This document shows, in pieces, positions 1 to 12,533 of a DNA stretch of 64,000 bases. Source of the DNA: Botryllus schlosseri (taxonomy: Eukaryota). The stretch lies in assembly GCA_051294905.1 (NCBI GenBank), contig CM119376.1, forward strand, positions 26,846,001 to 26,910,000, read 5' to 3'. A program made the position numbers and the translations under genes. The notes under the pieces were generated by a model. The model had not been told where the DNA came from. It did no database searches and saw nothing but the letters and a program-made list of their open reading frames with translations. Positions within the stretch are counted from its first letter, which is position 1; every line of letters starts with the position of its first letter.

Positions 1-150
1 CGAATAGTATAATATTCATGATGTCGAAATAAACCCGAACCAGTCAGGCGTAATCGTCAGCAACTAGTAGAGACAGATAGCTGCAGATTTAGATTTTACA
101 TCACAGTCAAAGGTACTGGCGTGGAGCACAGTTGCTTGTCACAAACTTAC

Positions 151-3100
151 CTGGTCTTTTGTTTCTTCAACGATGGTCTTGTACCACGTGGGATCGATGG
201 ACGAATTCGGACGGACTTCGTCCGCCTCGCAAGTCAGCGACACGGTGAGGGCGCACTTGCCGTGACAAACCATCATACATTCTGTTGAAAACAATACCAT
301 AAGAATCTACAATTTAAGACATCTCCATGTTGCAATAAACCTGAATATTTTCAGTTAACATTCATCAGAGGTAATGGTCAGCAACTAGTAGAGATTTCAA
401 AAGAACTTATGTCCATGGTTCAAATTTTGAGATCCATTGTTCAAACATATAAAAAGTATATTCATATTGAAATGGGCCCGACTGTTTCCGGCTGACACTT
501 GTCACGGGTAATTGTCAGCAACTAGTACAGAATTGGACAGAACATTGCATATCAACAATCGCATCACAACATGTTCCTTTCTAAACGCTGATGATTACCC
601 CTGACGAGTGTCATCCAAAGATATTCGGGTTTATTTCAATATGAATATCCTATCCAATTGGATATCGAAGTTCTGTACCTCCAAGAATTTTCATTTCTTT
701 TTGGGCATATCAGGGCCATGTTAATGTGTATCACATTGTTTCAAAGTTAACCATGGTCAAGATATGGCCGAAAGAAAATGAAAACGTTACATAAAGTTGA
801 TTTTCCTAAAATGTATAAAATGGACAACTGGTGATAAGCTACTTTGATTCCACAGCGACGATAAGGCGCCGCTAATAATCGAGGCAAACATACAGCTTCG
901 GCTCAACGTACTATATCTGTTGCAGTAGCACAGAACCAACAAAAACGATCAGACTTACTTTTACATTTTACGCACTTCCCGAACAAAGAGAGTATGATAC
1001 TGCCGCAAGCGTCGCACCAGTTGACCCAGTCCGTTAATTCATGATCGGCGAAATCATGTCCTTTCTTGGCGGGCTTCACAGTTTTCGAGACCGGCATCAC
1101 GTGGGCTCGAGATCGCTTCGGCGGTACTAAAATATCACGTACCGATCAACCGTGGATAAGAATTTGACAGACATAACAACGGAACAGGTTTAGATGCATC
1201 TCACATCAAGTTAACTACTTAACAATTCTGCATACTGAAACTACATTAGAACTTTTCTGCTTGGATAGCATGATTGACTACTCAGACCGCCGCTGCAACA
1301 TAACCTGCAAATTCAAAATAACTAATGACTATGTCCGCTTACTCAAAACAGCCTTGACCAGCCAAAACAACCTCGAGTCAAAATAATTACCACAGCATCA
1401 ACCGTCTACATCAGGGTTGTACAAAAATACCAATTTTTTTCTGGATCCCGGTGATTCACTGATTAAATTGTTAGATTACCTACAAAAATATTGTACACCA
1501 AATTTGCCATTATTCCAATCCGTAGAAGCGAAGTTATCTGAGTTTTTCATTAATAATTGTGGGATTTCCACGGTCGATGCTATTTTTTTCAAATCCCAAA
1601 CTTTCAACCGCAATATCTTCGCATCTACCAGTCGGAAGTGAGCAAAAATTGATATGCATTTCACCGAATCAGGAAAAAGAAGTCATTTTTGAACAACCCT
1701 AATGTACATCCACATCCATATTTACCAGCCGTGATATATGCAGCAGGAACGCGTCCCTAAAATCGCCACAAACCTAGTAAATTTTCATCCTTTGTTTTTT
1801 CCGACGCGACCTCTTTCTTGGCCTCGATCGTGGCATTCGTCTTTTGAATCTTCGGCAAAACTACCCCGGTGTCCTTCACCTTGTACGACACCGGAGTGCT
1901 GGCAGTCACTTTCGCTACGGGTTTCTCCGGCTTGGCGTCTTTAGCGGACGGCGACGAGGTAGATCGATTACGGGAGTTTGATGATCTGAGTGTCCAACGA
2001 CTAAGGTTAAGTTAAGCCCCGGATGAACATCTGTGTATTTACGCGAAAATTTTTGAAAGCAGTCCGCAGAGCAGAAAAGATTGCCGACTCCTGATTTAGA
2101 ATATATCATTCTATACCATTTCCATATGCGACCTCGATAATTGTCACGCTACATATTACAATCATAACCCGACATATGGTGAACACATTGTCCGACAACC
2201 CAATTTTGGAAATGAGCCTCATGCTCGCGTATGCTTACATTCTAGCGATAGGCTATGCCTCAAGAACGAATTCAATAGCAAAGACAACAAACCTACTGAA
2301 TCATACAAGGAAATTGCTTTCGATTGATCCTATAAATCTAAAAAAATATAGCCTACCCAATACAAATTCTCAAATTGGTAGGTGGACACAAAGGATATTC
2401 CATTATCGGAGGATTAAGTTATGGATTTAATCCAGAAGAAGAGTGACACAGTTGTAAAATGCAATGAAAAATTCAACTACTTACACTGTAGGCGATAACG
2501 CTTTACTATTTGATACTGATGAAACGGCTCTCTGCCGGCTCTTGAGTTGCGACGGTTTCACACCGGGTGCGTTGCTTACTGACGAATTCTCTTTCGCTGG
2601 ACCCCCAGCGGCCGGTTGGCCGCTGTTTGGTCGACGGGATGCGGCACTCTGGGGCCGTGAAGATGAAGTGTCATTCCTGTCAAATATCCACAATTTCGCA
2701 TTCTTGATTTAAAATCTAAGAGGACTAGCACCTATAAAATTTGAAAAGTATCAAAATTTCTCATTTTTTTGGTTGGAAATATTAACATAGTACCTCTGTT
2801 TTTACGTTATGGCTTTATCTGACCAAAGAAATGAGTAAAAATTGCAAAATTTCAATTTTACTGGTCCTACCGTCAGCACTTTCTTTGACCGAAAAATTTT
2901 TTCACTGCTGTAAAATTTTGTCATACAGCTTCATCATAAACCAAAAATTTATTCGAAATTTTTGTCATAAATGACTCCGTCAGAGATTTTTGAAAAGCCA
3001 ACATCCAGATCAATATTTTGTCAATTTCCTTTTGGCCTATTCCATGGTCTGAGTTAGAGAATTTCAAAAGATTTTGAAACAAAAAATGAATTTTGAAATT

Positions 3101-6100
3101 TCGAAGCGAAATTTTTCCAAGGCTAATTGCATGTAATCCTTCACACTTAAGTAACACGTAACACTGTCCGAATACTTCCCAAAACAGGCATCACAATTGT
3201 ATTTGGCGTGTTAGAACACTATTTCTCTTGTCAAATCCAAATTCAGTGGGCTAGCTAGAACTACAATTTGTGATATTTTGTCACACCATAGCAATAGGTC
3301 TACCTAGCAGTTATGAAAATCTGAAAAATGAAGATATAAGCTAGATAATGTGGTTGGTGCTAAAACAGTCAATGGCATTAATTTATAGGCAATAATTTCC
3401 ATTACTGGTGACTTTTATGTGCTGGTCTGCTGCCTATTTAGTCAATCGAGTTCATTCTCTTTCATAAAAATTAGTCTTAAGGCAGCAAAAACTAGGATAT
3501 CTTACTGCAAATAACTCTCAACAGTCATCAACTGGACCATGCACAAGTTTGATATGAATGAACCCATACATCATTGGCAGTCTCGCTGAGGAAAGCAGGC
3601 TACATATGACTAACAAGTGTGACATCATCTGCAGGCAGACAAAGATGCTATCCTGTAGCGACTAAACGGAGAAAATGCAAATTCCAAAATACAACCAAGC
3701 TACCCTTCTACAAATGACATGAAACTGTGCCCAAGAATACCTGAACAGTGATTGATTGGCGTTAAGTTTGTGAAACTTAACATTGGTCAATTTGCTATCG
3801 TATTTAGTGACACATATCGATATTTGGGCTGATTTATACAGAACTATCAGTCGACTAACACCTATACAACCTGAATGAAATATACAAAAAGAACTACATA
3901 TCTTCCAAACAGCCATACAGGCCTATGTTGCACAAAGCATCTTCCTCCACGGGTGCCAACAATTGCCAGATCAAATATATTTTATTATTTTCCTGTCTTA
4001 CTTCAATTATGTTGTAGCATCTACCACTTTACATGAGATCTGACGGTGCCAGTTATCAAACAAACGAAGGAAAACATCTTTACAAAGTGTTCTATTTGCT
4101 GACGATGCTTGTTTTTCTGGACACGCAAACTCCACAGAAGAACTGAAGTACCAAGTCTCCCACGAGTTGAAAAAAATTCACTCGTGGATGACGAGAAACC
4201 GCCTCACAACAAACCCTGATAAAACTCAAATCATCCTTTTCCTTCCTCCGCGAATCCGCACCCAGCCAACCTTTTCCATTCCTTTCGGAAACTGCACTAT
4301 CCTTCCTACTGAATCAGTCCGTTATCTTGGCATCCAAATAGACAACAAGTTGTCATGGAAACATCACATCTATCTCGTCACCTATAAATTATCTCGGGCC
4401 ACCGGTATTTTGCATAGGCTAAAAATTTTGTTATCGCGTAATGGTCTGCGGTCGATATATTTTTCAATCTTTCATTCACAATTACAATACTGTGTCAGTG
4501 TGTGGGGTCACACCCATTCTACATATCTTAAGCCCATTATCACTCTCCAAAATAGTGCTATACGGGCACTAAGTGGTGTAGGTTTTCGACGTAGATTGCT
4601 GCCAGAATACAAAAAACTTGGTATTCTGAGAGTGACAGACGTCATAAAATACGAAACGGCAAAAATGATGCACAATATCTTCCATCATAATAGATCCTTC
4701 TTCGACAAACATTTCACTACTTTTGCCTCAGAGTACACTCGCACTTCACTCGTTCTGCCTCATCAAATGGTTTGTTACTTCCGCGTGTAGATAAATCATC
4801 CTCCCAGAAAAGTTTCTATTATATTGGTGCCGCTACCTGGAACTCTCTACCAGAAGACCTCAGAGATTTGCCCGATCATCTATTTAAAAAACGTTATCGG
4901 AAATATACATTAGATAAGTATAATTGATAATATGCCGATTTTGCAACTACTGTCTTATTGTTGAAAAGTACCGTATAATCTACTCTATTGACCCTTTTCT
5001 GCACTGCTGTCTTTGTTGTCCTTGTTGAATTTTTTTCTCTGCTTTTCTTGTAGTTTTGTATATTTATTGTCATTTGTTTTGTGCCATTGAATATAATGTG
5101 TATACTCCTTCAGGTGGTGACTGTGTACTAAGGCCTTGCGTCCCCTCGTCGTCATCCTGGTCCGTACCGGATTTTCACTGGTGTGATAAATAAATGATTG
5201 ATTGATTGAAACAGTACATCTAAAAATAACCATCATTAGTTCTGACATCCATTCCACAATCTAGGAATAATGATTGGGTGTGGTTGTGGACGTCCTGTTA
5301 CACCACCAAGGAATTTCTAAACATGATTCATAGAGAAAACAGAATATCCAAATTGAAAATTTGCCAGATGTTGCAGTTACTGTAACCAACCCATAAATGA
5401 TACTTGAAAACTGATAAGGGACTAGATGAGGATTGCACTGATTCTAGTCGCGTATTTGTTGACATATGCGTACACATTTCTGACATTAATAACTTGTAAA
5501 TAGATTGCGGACATGAATATCATCAAGTTGGTCAGCTATTTGCTGTCCCTCTGATATTGTATCTTTGTGGCTACCGTACAATGTAAAACATGAGCTGGAA
5601 CTACTGACTAACGGGCGTTGAAATAATCCCACTATCTATTGAACAATGTTAGATATATGCCTTAAACATGACAGTTGGTTGTAGATTTTGCAACACCATG
5701 GTTATTCATGCCACACAGAACCAAATACCACCATATCGCATACCGTCATGGTAGAGCGTGCTCAGGCGCGTAGCCAGCTGAAAAATAAGGGGGGGGGGTT
5801 TGAAATAAAAGGGGGAGGGGTTCGGTTTTTTCCGAATTTAGTAACGTAGCATTGACTCATTAGCGTTAAGTAGGTTACATGCGATGCGTAAATAACGATT
5901 ATACAACATCCCCGTGTTGGCGATTATAGGCGTATGATAAGCTTGTTAACGAGTCCGGAATTGCTGTTAATTAGCGACTCCCTGATCTGTCGTGAACAAT
6001 GAAATACGCACGCGTCGAACATTTGAGTACGCGCGCTTATCAACGCGCTGAACAATTAAATTCGCGCGCTTGTCAAAGTGTCCAACAATTAAATACGCCC

Positions 6101-7188
6101 GCTCATCAATGCGTCTTGCGTCGTACGTAACCTCGGCGACGATTTAGGTAAGTAAAAATGTACGAGTTTTTATGGAATATGTGCTATAATGACGCCGATT
6201 TCAGGTGGTTCAAACCTTTACCTCTTATAACTCAAGCCTACTGGACTATAACTGAAGACTAGTGGAAATCAATTACGCATGTACGCACGCGTCGAACATG
6301 ATTGCGGACATTCGATGTCATTCAGTTACGAGATGTCACTCTTTAATCACAATCGCTAATCAGCATATACTTAATAGCATTTTATCTAAGCCATCGAGAA
6401 ATAGGAGCCAAAGCATGGTAGGCCCAAGACGCGGTAGTTAGGCTAGCGATATCTTTAGTACTAGGCCTATTCCAGATGCGATTGTGTAGGCCTACGAAGA
6501 TATCGTGCACACCAAGCAATGCAGATGTGATGTGAAGGCCAGTGACGATATCGTGCGCCGCGGGCCTATTGCAGATGTGATTATTCCCCCCCCCCCCCGG
6601 CTACGCGCCTGAGCGTGCTCCCTGTGGCCAGTAATTGTACACACAACAACTTAGCCTTTCCGAATTAGTTTTTACATATTTAGGCCAACTCTACTATGTG
6701 TGGGTGATTCCAAGTTCCAATTTCTTTTTGAGTTGCAGTAAGCTATACTGTAACACAGTTATTTCTGTTAAAATACACACTTGTTTCCATAAACTGCCGA
6801 CGCAGGTGTCACTTTTGGTCGTTGCCACGGTGGATTTGGTTTGGAGCTTGACAGTGGTCTCGATGATGGTGCTGGAGGTGTACTGTATCAAGTAAGAGGT
6901 CATTAATCCAAGAACATTTTGGATAAATCAAATGCAAATGGCGCATAATATCAAATAAAATCTGAACACGAGAGCTGATAAAATGATGACTTACGTTGAT
7001 TTTTTGATATCACCATTCCTGGCCCCGTATGGCGCTGGGCTTGAATTTTTTTCCACAGATCTCGGCAGAGGCACGGCACGGCCAACAGGTTTTTCTCGCA
7101 CTTTTTTGGTAGCGGCAGCAGTTTTTATTGATTCCTCGACCTTTCGCTGCATACTCTTTCGGTCGTTCGAAACCGGTTGCTTACTCAT
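151..7188 (-). CDS. C1 (phorbol-ester/DAG-type zinc finger) protein, RASSF1/RASSF5-like; 5' part only, continues beyond window start
   Basis: Phase-consistent GT-AG exons: 7188-6995, 6882-6781, 2676-2485, 2000-1774, 1126-959, 281-151. Spliced product: MSKQPVS... (Ser/Pro/Lys-rich) then GHDFADHELTDWVNWCDACGSIILSLFGKCVKCK|KCMMVCHGKCALTVSLTC, a complete C1 domain. The phase-1 intron inside C1 is where I recall the RASSF1A intron. RA/SARAH domains are not in the window, so the family call is tentative. Confidence 0.7.
4020..5208 (+). mobile_element. 5'-truncated non-LTR retrotransposon (CR1/L2-group LINE) in RASSF-like intron, antisense to host
   Basis: In-frame SVLFADD (RT catalytic motif) upstream of ORF 4167-4790 (NRLTTNPDKT, YLGIQIDNKLSW, LQYCVSVWG). 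A frameshift near 4745 continues to SFYYIGAATWNSLPEDL and a stop at ~4926. The 3' UTR ends in AATAAA followed by an (ATTG)n tail at ~5187-5208. The 5' boundary is approximate. Confidence 0.9.
5763..6611. mobile_element. Non-autonomous hAT-type element
   Basis: TIRs CAGGCGCGTAGCC...poly-G / poly-C...GGCTACGCGCCTG; perfect 8-bp TSD AGCGTGCT (5755-5762, 6612-6619). Confidence 0.9.
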
Positions 7189-8225
7189 GTTTCGGAATTC
7201 CCATGAAACAGCATCCAATGGTGATACTTACGATCTTTTAGTAACTACGAAAGGTAGGCCTATGCAAGTAGAAGAAAAACACATTGTGCAACAGCGGTAA
7301 AATATTTGCTGGATAAAATATAACTAACGTCTTCGGTAGTCTTGCAAGACGAAAACACACAATAGTTACTGGTGTGGTGATGCAAAGAAATATGAAATTC
7401 GGACTAAAATCAGAATACTTCGGTGACAATATGACAATTTCAATTAACAACCCAGTAAAACCGCCAGTGATTTATCCTAGAACGTTTTCGATCAAAATTC
7501 ACGGTCATCAACATAGAACACACTATTCCTACAAATCACAGCTACAACACTCACTAACTGATCAAAGTAGCGTCACGAATTTACATTGACCAACACGAAC
7601 ATTCAGAATTGGCGAAATTATAAATGCTATAATAAACAGCGACCATCTCTTGACCACATTGATAAAGTCAAACAACAGACATGACGGTAACCATGATAAT
7701 ACGCAGTTGGTCAACCACATTCAACGGTGTTTCAAACCATTGAGTGAAGCACATCAGTCAGGTTTGGTAATTTACCCACAAATTGACCAATGCCATCGCA
7801 ATGATGTAGTAGGCTACATGCCTGTAAGATGGTATATTATTTTGTTTCAACATCATGGCTACCTGACCATGGGCATTGGCATAAGGCAGCTGTGTGGATA
7901 ACATTCTGAATTTTATTGAAGCGACAAAGAATGTTCAAGACTTGGCAACATCAACGAAGTTTACAAAAAGATGCATGCCATTACAGTGAATTCGAGAAGC
8001 AACACTGGGCAGAAGAATAGGAGATGCTACTTTCGATTAGAGATACGGTACGTATATAAATATGCGACTCACAGATCCATTATTATGGCACTTGTCGAGA
8101 AATTAGGAGCAGTGTTCTTACCGCAGAAAACGGCATTGCCAATACACAGTAACATATTCAATGATCTATTAATTTGCTAACTCAAAATGTTATTGGCACA
8201 AAAGCCATTTATATGTCCATTGCAT

Positions 8226-8231
8226 TTTATT
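8226..8231 (-). terminator. Candidate polyadenylation signal of the Polyhomeotic-like gene
   Basis: AATAAA on the minus strand ~300 nt past the stop codon at 8532. Confidence 0.4.
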
Positions 8232-8531
8232 ACTGGGGCTGGACAAAATCGAGTACCCAGTGATTAGATCCTGAATCTAGGATTAGACTTCGAGTCAGGT
8301 ATTTGAGTATCACTCATTGTGACATCACAACATTATGAATGATTTGAAAAGTTCAAATATCGATCCTGACTCGAGTACTTGGATACAGTCAACAGTCACA
8401 AATTCTCCGGCTGCAAGTTTTCTGGCCACTATTAGGATGGCATGTTATGCCACATTTGTGTCACAGTTTGGCACGCACACTTTCAAGCTCAATGCACCCG
8501 TTCCGCTGATAAGGAGCATCAATCATCCAGT

Positions 8532-9251
8532 CTACTCTGTCAACTTTCTGATATGAGAACAAAGTTTAAGAGCCGGGCCTAACTTAATGTTCAGAGTGTG
8601 AATGAGATGATCCTCCTTCAGAAGCAAGAGGGCCGAACCGTCAATTTCATTCTCACGGAAATCTTTGACAAAGTATTTTGCATCGGGAATGGAGTTGATA
8701 AAATTGCAGACATCGTCTACGGACCATTTACTGGGGCTGATAGGGATGTTATTCCCATCTTTAGATTCCACAGACGAAATAGATGGTGATTCTGGTGGGG
8801 ACTCAAACAGTCGTGTTTTTGCGCTGTCCATATTTGGCTCCATATCATATTTTTTAGGTTTACCTTGTCCGGTTCTCCAACGAGACATCCTGGCGCGAGA
8901 AGCGTTGTACCTTCGCATGCAACCAATAGTGCAAAATTGCGGCGAGTAATGCTGGTTTCCTACCGTGCCGCACCCTTCACATCGTTGATTGGGTACAAAT
9001 GGTTCCAATTTCGGATTACTTTTCATTTTTTCCATCTCCTCGGCCATAAGCTCTTGTTGCTTCTTCCAAATATCACGCAGCTGTTGCTTTGTAAGTAACG
9101 AACCAGTATCCAAAGCGAATGGTGTGTCGGCTTCTTCAATTACATATCCGTCAATTAGATGATACAATACGCTGTAATTTCCTTGTTGCTTGGATATTCC
9201 ACATTTATCGTTTGATAAATCCACTGAGGATTCATCGGTATGCTCATTCAT
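8532..9251 (-). CDS. PHC: Polyhomeotic-like protein (PRC1 subunit), compact single-exon CDS (~239 aa from ATG 9251)
   Basis: HD1 motif VLYHLIDGYVIEEADTPF; FCS-type zinc finger RCEGCG...FCTIGCMRRYN; C-terminal Ph-type SAM PSKWSVDDVCNFINSIP...EIDGSALLLLKEDHL...NIKLGPALKL. An acceptor (ttttcaAG at 9288-9289) precedes an open frame from 9287, so an upstream coding exon is not excluded. Confidence 0.88.
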   Translation of the reverse strand: MNEHTDESSVDLSNDKCGISKQQGNYSVLYHLIDGYVIEEADTPFALDTGSLLTKQQLRDIWKKQQELMAEEMEKMKSNPKLEPFVPNQRCEGCGTVGNQHYSPQFCTIGCMRRYNASRARMSRWRTGQGKPKKYDMEPNMDSAKTRLFESPPESPSISSVESKDGNNIPISPSKWSVDDVCNFINSIPDAKYFVKDFRENEIDGSALLLLKEDHLIHTLNIKLGPALKLCSHIRKLTE

Positions 9252-9684
9252 GTTCAGTTTTATGGTAATTACTATGTTTAGCTGCACCTTGAAAACAAAG
9301 ATGGCAATATCATCATATTACATGCATCGTATCAAGTTCAAACCGAAATACAGTAGACACATACCATCGCCAATAACAATACACCAACAGTTGGACCACT
9401 AAAACACAGTTGTGCATCAAGGGGTTAGAATCATTGAATCAGGATCGCTATAACTAAACACGGTTACACAAAGAAATGCTTCGAATAAGTTCTGCTGTTC
9501 TATATAGGATTGAGCCAAGGACGCATTTCTTAACATCACAAAAAAGTGGGATTGGGGCACACTGGCAGAAAGGAATTCAAGTACAGTTGAATTGAAATCG
9601 TGATACTCCATATCGCAAAAATCAAAACAAGTTAACACATCCATATGAAATCAAACCAGTATTCAAGTCTCGGACACACTCCTT

Positions 9685-9690
9685 TTTATT
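9685..9690 (-). terminator. Candidate polyadenylation signal of SEM1
   Basis: AATAAA on the minus strand ~45 nt after the SEM1 stop. Confidence 0.5.
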
Positions 9691-9733
9691 GGTGGCAAAC
9701 AGTATAAGCAGCAGGTGAAATTTCTTCAGGTAG

Positions 9734-9949
9734 TCAATTTCTCATCACAGACTTTTCCAGAATATCTTTCAGTTGACTAGAAAAATCATCTTCTATATTA
9801 TCGTCGTCCCAGTTCTCTTCCCACAGAACCTGAGGCTCTTTATCTTTACCGCTCCACTCTTCGGCGGGGAATTCTTCGAATTCATCATCGTCTTCCAACG
9901 AACCCATTTCGGAGGTAGTTTTCACCTCTTTCTTTTCTTCGTCAGCCAT
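9734..9949 (-). CDS. SEM1: 26S proteasome lid subunit SEM1/DSS1, intronless, 71 aa
   Basis: [15 protein letters not shown]...[19 protein letters not shown] is the diagnostic DSS1/Sem1 signature; complete ATG-to-stop ORF. Confidence 0.97.
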   Translation of the reverse strand: MADEEKKEVKTTSEMGSLEDDDEFEEFPAEEWSGKDKEPQVLWEENWDDDNIEDDFSSQLKDILEKSVMRN

Positions 9950-9977
9950 TGGAATATTTGAGTTTTGAAGGTAAATT

Positions 9978-10008
9978 TATCGATATCGACGATGCACAGT
10001 TATCGATA
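9978..10008. promoter_or_regulatory. Two TATCGATA (DRE-like) palindromes just upstream of the SEM1 ATG
   Basis: TATCGATA at 9978-9985 and 10001-10008, within 60 nt of the start codon. Confidence 0.45.
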
Positions 10009-10249
10009 CCGGTATCAACACAGAACACAGAACAGGCGACTGGGATAAATACGGGCTGCTTGGAGACTAAGATGACGTCATATGTCAATTTCTGTAAGTC
10101 GAAAAAGCATCATTCATTTACAACACGAGCATCACTTGAGATGTGATTAATTCAAAACGACTTGGTGGCCCACCAAGGCGCCAGTAGTAACAGAATACAA
10201 GTTTACGACTTATTTTATAACTCCGATATCAACGTGGTCACCGGACAAC

Positions 10250-10500
10250 GACCTAACATCGACCTCGCCATCCGCCACAAGCCACCTCATTTTGTCGCTA
10301 GCCTTTTATATTCTCTGCATTGCTTTTCAATCAGTGTGCAATGTGCAATGTGCAATGTGCATGCCTCTTCTTTACTTCGCCTAGGCCAAGGTGGGTCTCT
10401 GACTTAAAGATTACTCCAAGTTGTTTCGACACCTTCCTATCTTTTCATTGTGTCGCAGTTTTGTGGCGTTTTGAAACGATTAAAATATTTAAAAAAAATA
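10250..10500. repeat. Dispersed repeat, second copy at ~14310-14520
   Basis: CGACCTAACATC...TTTTGTCGCT(A/T)GCCTTTTATATTCTCTGC...GTGCATGCC...TTCGCCTAGG...CCTTCCTATCTTTTCATTG matches in both places. Confidence 0.8.
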
Positions 10501-10768
10501 CTGATTGATTGAATTCTACTTTCGAAGTACTTCAAGTAAGTTTTCCCAAAGCAACGATGGCAACGATCCGGTTCAAGAGCCGGATTTCAGCAAGATTTTC
10601 CACTGACTGAAATAATGACAAGAATGTCCATTGTCCAACTTTAGCAGGATTATATCGGATTCTGAATTGCCATCCAGAGCCAGGTGGATTCGAGGTTTCA
10701 AACATTGGGGATTCGACTATAGAGTATGACTCTATACTGCAACTCAGTAACATAAAAAGACAGCGATT

Positions 10769-10797
10769 GAGAGAGCGAGAGAGAGAGAGAGAGAGAG
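10769..10797. repeat. (AG)n microsatellite
   Basis: GAGAGAGC(GA)n run; similar (CT)n runs at ~16283-16300 and ~63066-63084. Confidence 0.9.
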
Positions 10798-12533
10798 GGG
10801 GGGACTGATAGAGAGCGGGAGCGAATTGGCATTGTTATAGTTAATCTATTTCCATTATTGCCTCATTTTTTGCTTAATTATCTGCATAATGGAAAGAACT
10901 AGTAGAAAGGGCCGCGGCTTCAAAAAGATCAACATCGAACCAAATTTTCTGTGCAGCGTTTTTTTAGAGTAACCTGACAATTTAATCATTGAATGGCTGG
11001 AATCCGTAAAAAAAGTTATTTTTGAACAGCCCTGCACATTACGGATCTGATTTATTTCAATTCAATTTAAGTTCCGGAAAAATTAAAGCCGTAATAATCC
11101 AATGCGCAATTGCTCAATGATTGATCACGTCTGTCAATAAATATATAGCCGTTAAACATGAGGTGTAGGCCTATTGTTCTTTCGCCCGGACCTTTGTTGG
11201 AATGCCATAATGATCTACTATTTTCAACCGCGCTTAAGGCATATAAAATACACAATGCGGATTTGATGCTTGACGTTGGAACACAACCCAGAATACAACG
11301 TCATTTGTATTGCTGTCGAGGAACATTAAATTTGGGAATCGTATTTCAATTATGTAATTGTATTGAAGCGAATGTTGACTAACTGGTGAAGACGATCGCT
11401 CGCGGGCATGCAATGAAACATAGCGATACTGAGAACCCTCAGGGTGTATTAGTTTCACGGAAATGCTTTTTGATGATGTTCAATAGCGGAGTTACGTTAC
11501 CCGCAGTTGGTAGAGTTGGAATTATCAGTTTAGTTCAGCGCCGATAAAACATAAGAATATAATCAAGGCGGACACCGAAATTACTTTCTGACGCCGTCCT
11601 GTTTTTGTTGGTGCTAGATTGCGGTGTGTAGTGTATATGAGTGAGCAAGAGCAAGTGACAACTTCATTTGCAAAACGCGACATGATTATTGATTATGCCT
11701 GGGTAGAAATCTTCCATCGAAACCTACTGAAACCTGGTCAGGAGTTACATCACTAGATTATTTTTGAAATATTGATGAAAAAGGTGCGTGTAGGGCAAAA
11801 TACAGGGGTATTGTAGGTTCAACAGTTCCTTCTTCATCTTTTTTTCATCTTTCGGTATAGTTATACAAGGGCTGCCACAGCGGATTAATCTCCTTAGCAC
11901 CTTGTCAAGATCAGTTCCTATTTTTAACATCTTATGAGGTTACCGTTGATCACTAGGTATCACAAATCTCCTAGAATTGACGAATCTCGTTATATGTGAA
12001 TGTCTGCGACGATTTTACCAGACTATATTGCTTTTGAAACTACCCGGTATGTCACTCGTTGCCTTTCAATCACACGTGAAGGACATGTTGCAATGTTTAT
12101 GGTGTAATGATCTAGGAGTAAACTGGATAAGGGGTTGGTTTAGTCAAGGATAACTATGGCGGTTCTAGATATTCTTGGGTTTAGTCAGTGCAGAAACTAT
12201 AGGCCTGATAATGACGACCTTCGTTCGTTGGGTATCGCCATTTTACAAATAAAGTATTGAACAAGAAGAGTGGGTCATAGAGGATTGCCGTTTTGACGTT
12301 GTTATAGACCTCGACCAGAACGTTATGAGTATTTTTCTTCCTTTTTTCAAAGACTATCGCGTTACCATTGCTTGGCCATATCTATCATAGTGGACTGAAC
12401 ATAGCCCGAAGAACTCAATGATGTGTTCTGTCACACCTTGCTAACGCACGGAAAAGCAAGTCTCGATCGCATGTCAAGATTGCTTCATTATTGGTATCGT
12501 AACATGAAAGCATATAAGTAGAATCGTTACAAG

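Noticed and set aside
1-700. Repeated CAGCAACTAGT as Helitron 3' ends (CTAG-T)
   Set aside because: Homology between copies continues past the CTAG (500-575 versus the reverse complement of 59650-59720) and I found no subterminal hairpin.
10532-10753. 73-aa minus-strand ORF upstream of SEM1 as a Polyhomeotic exon
   Set aside because: No recognisable homology and no clear phase-0 donor to the 9287 acceptor.
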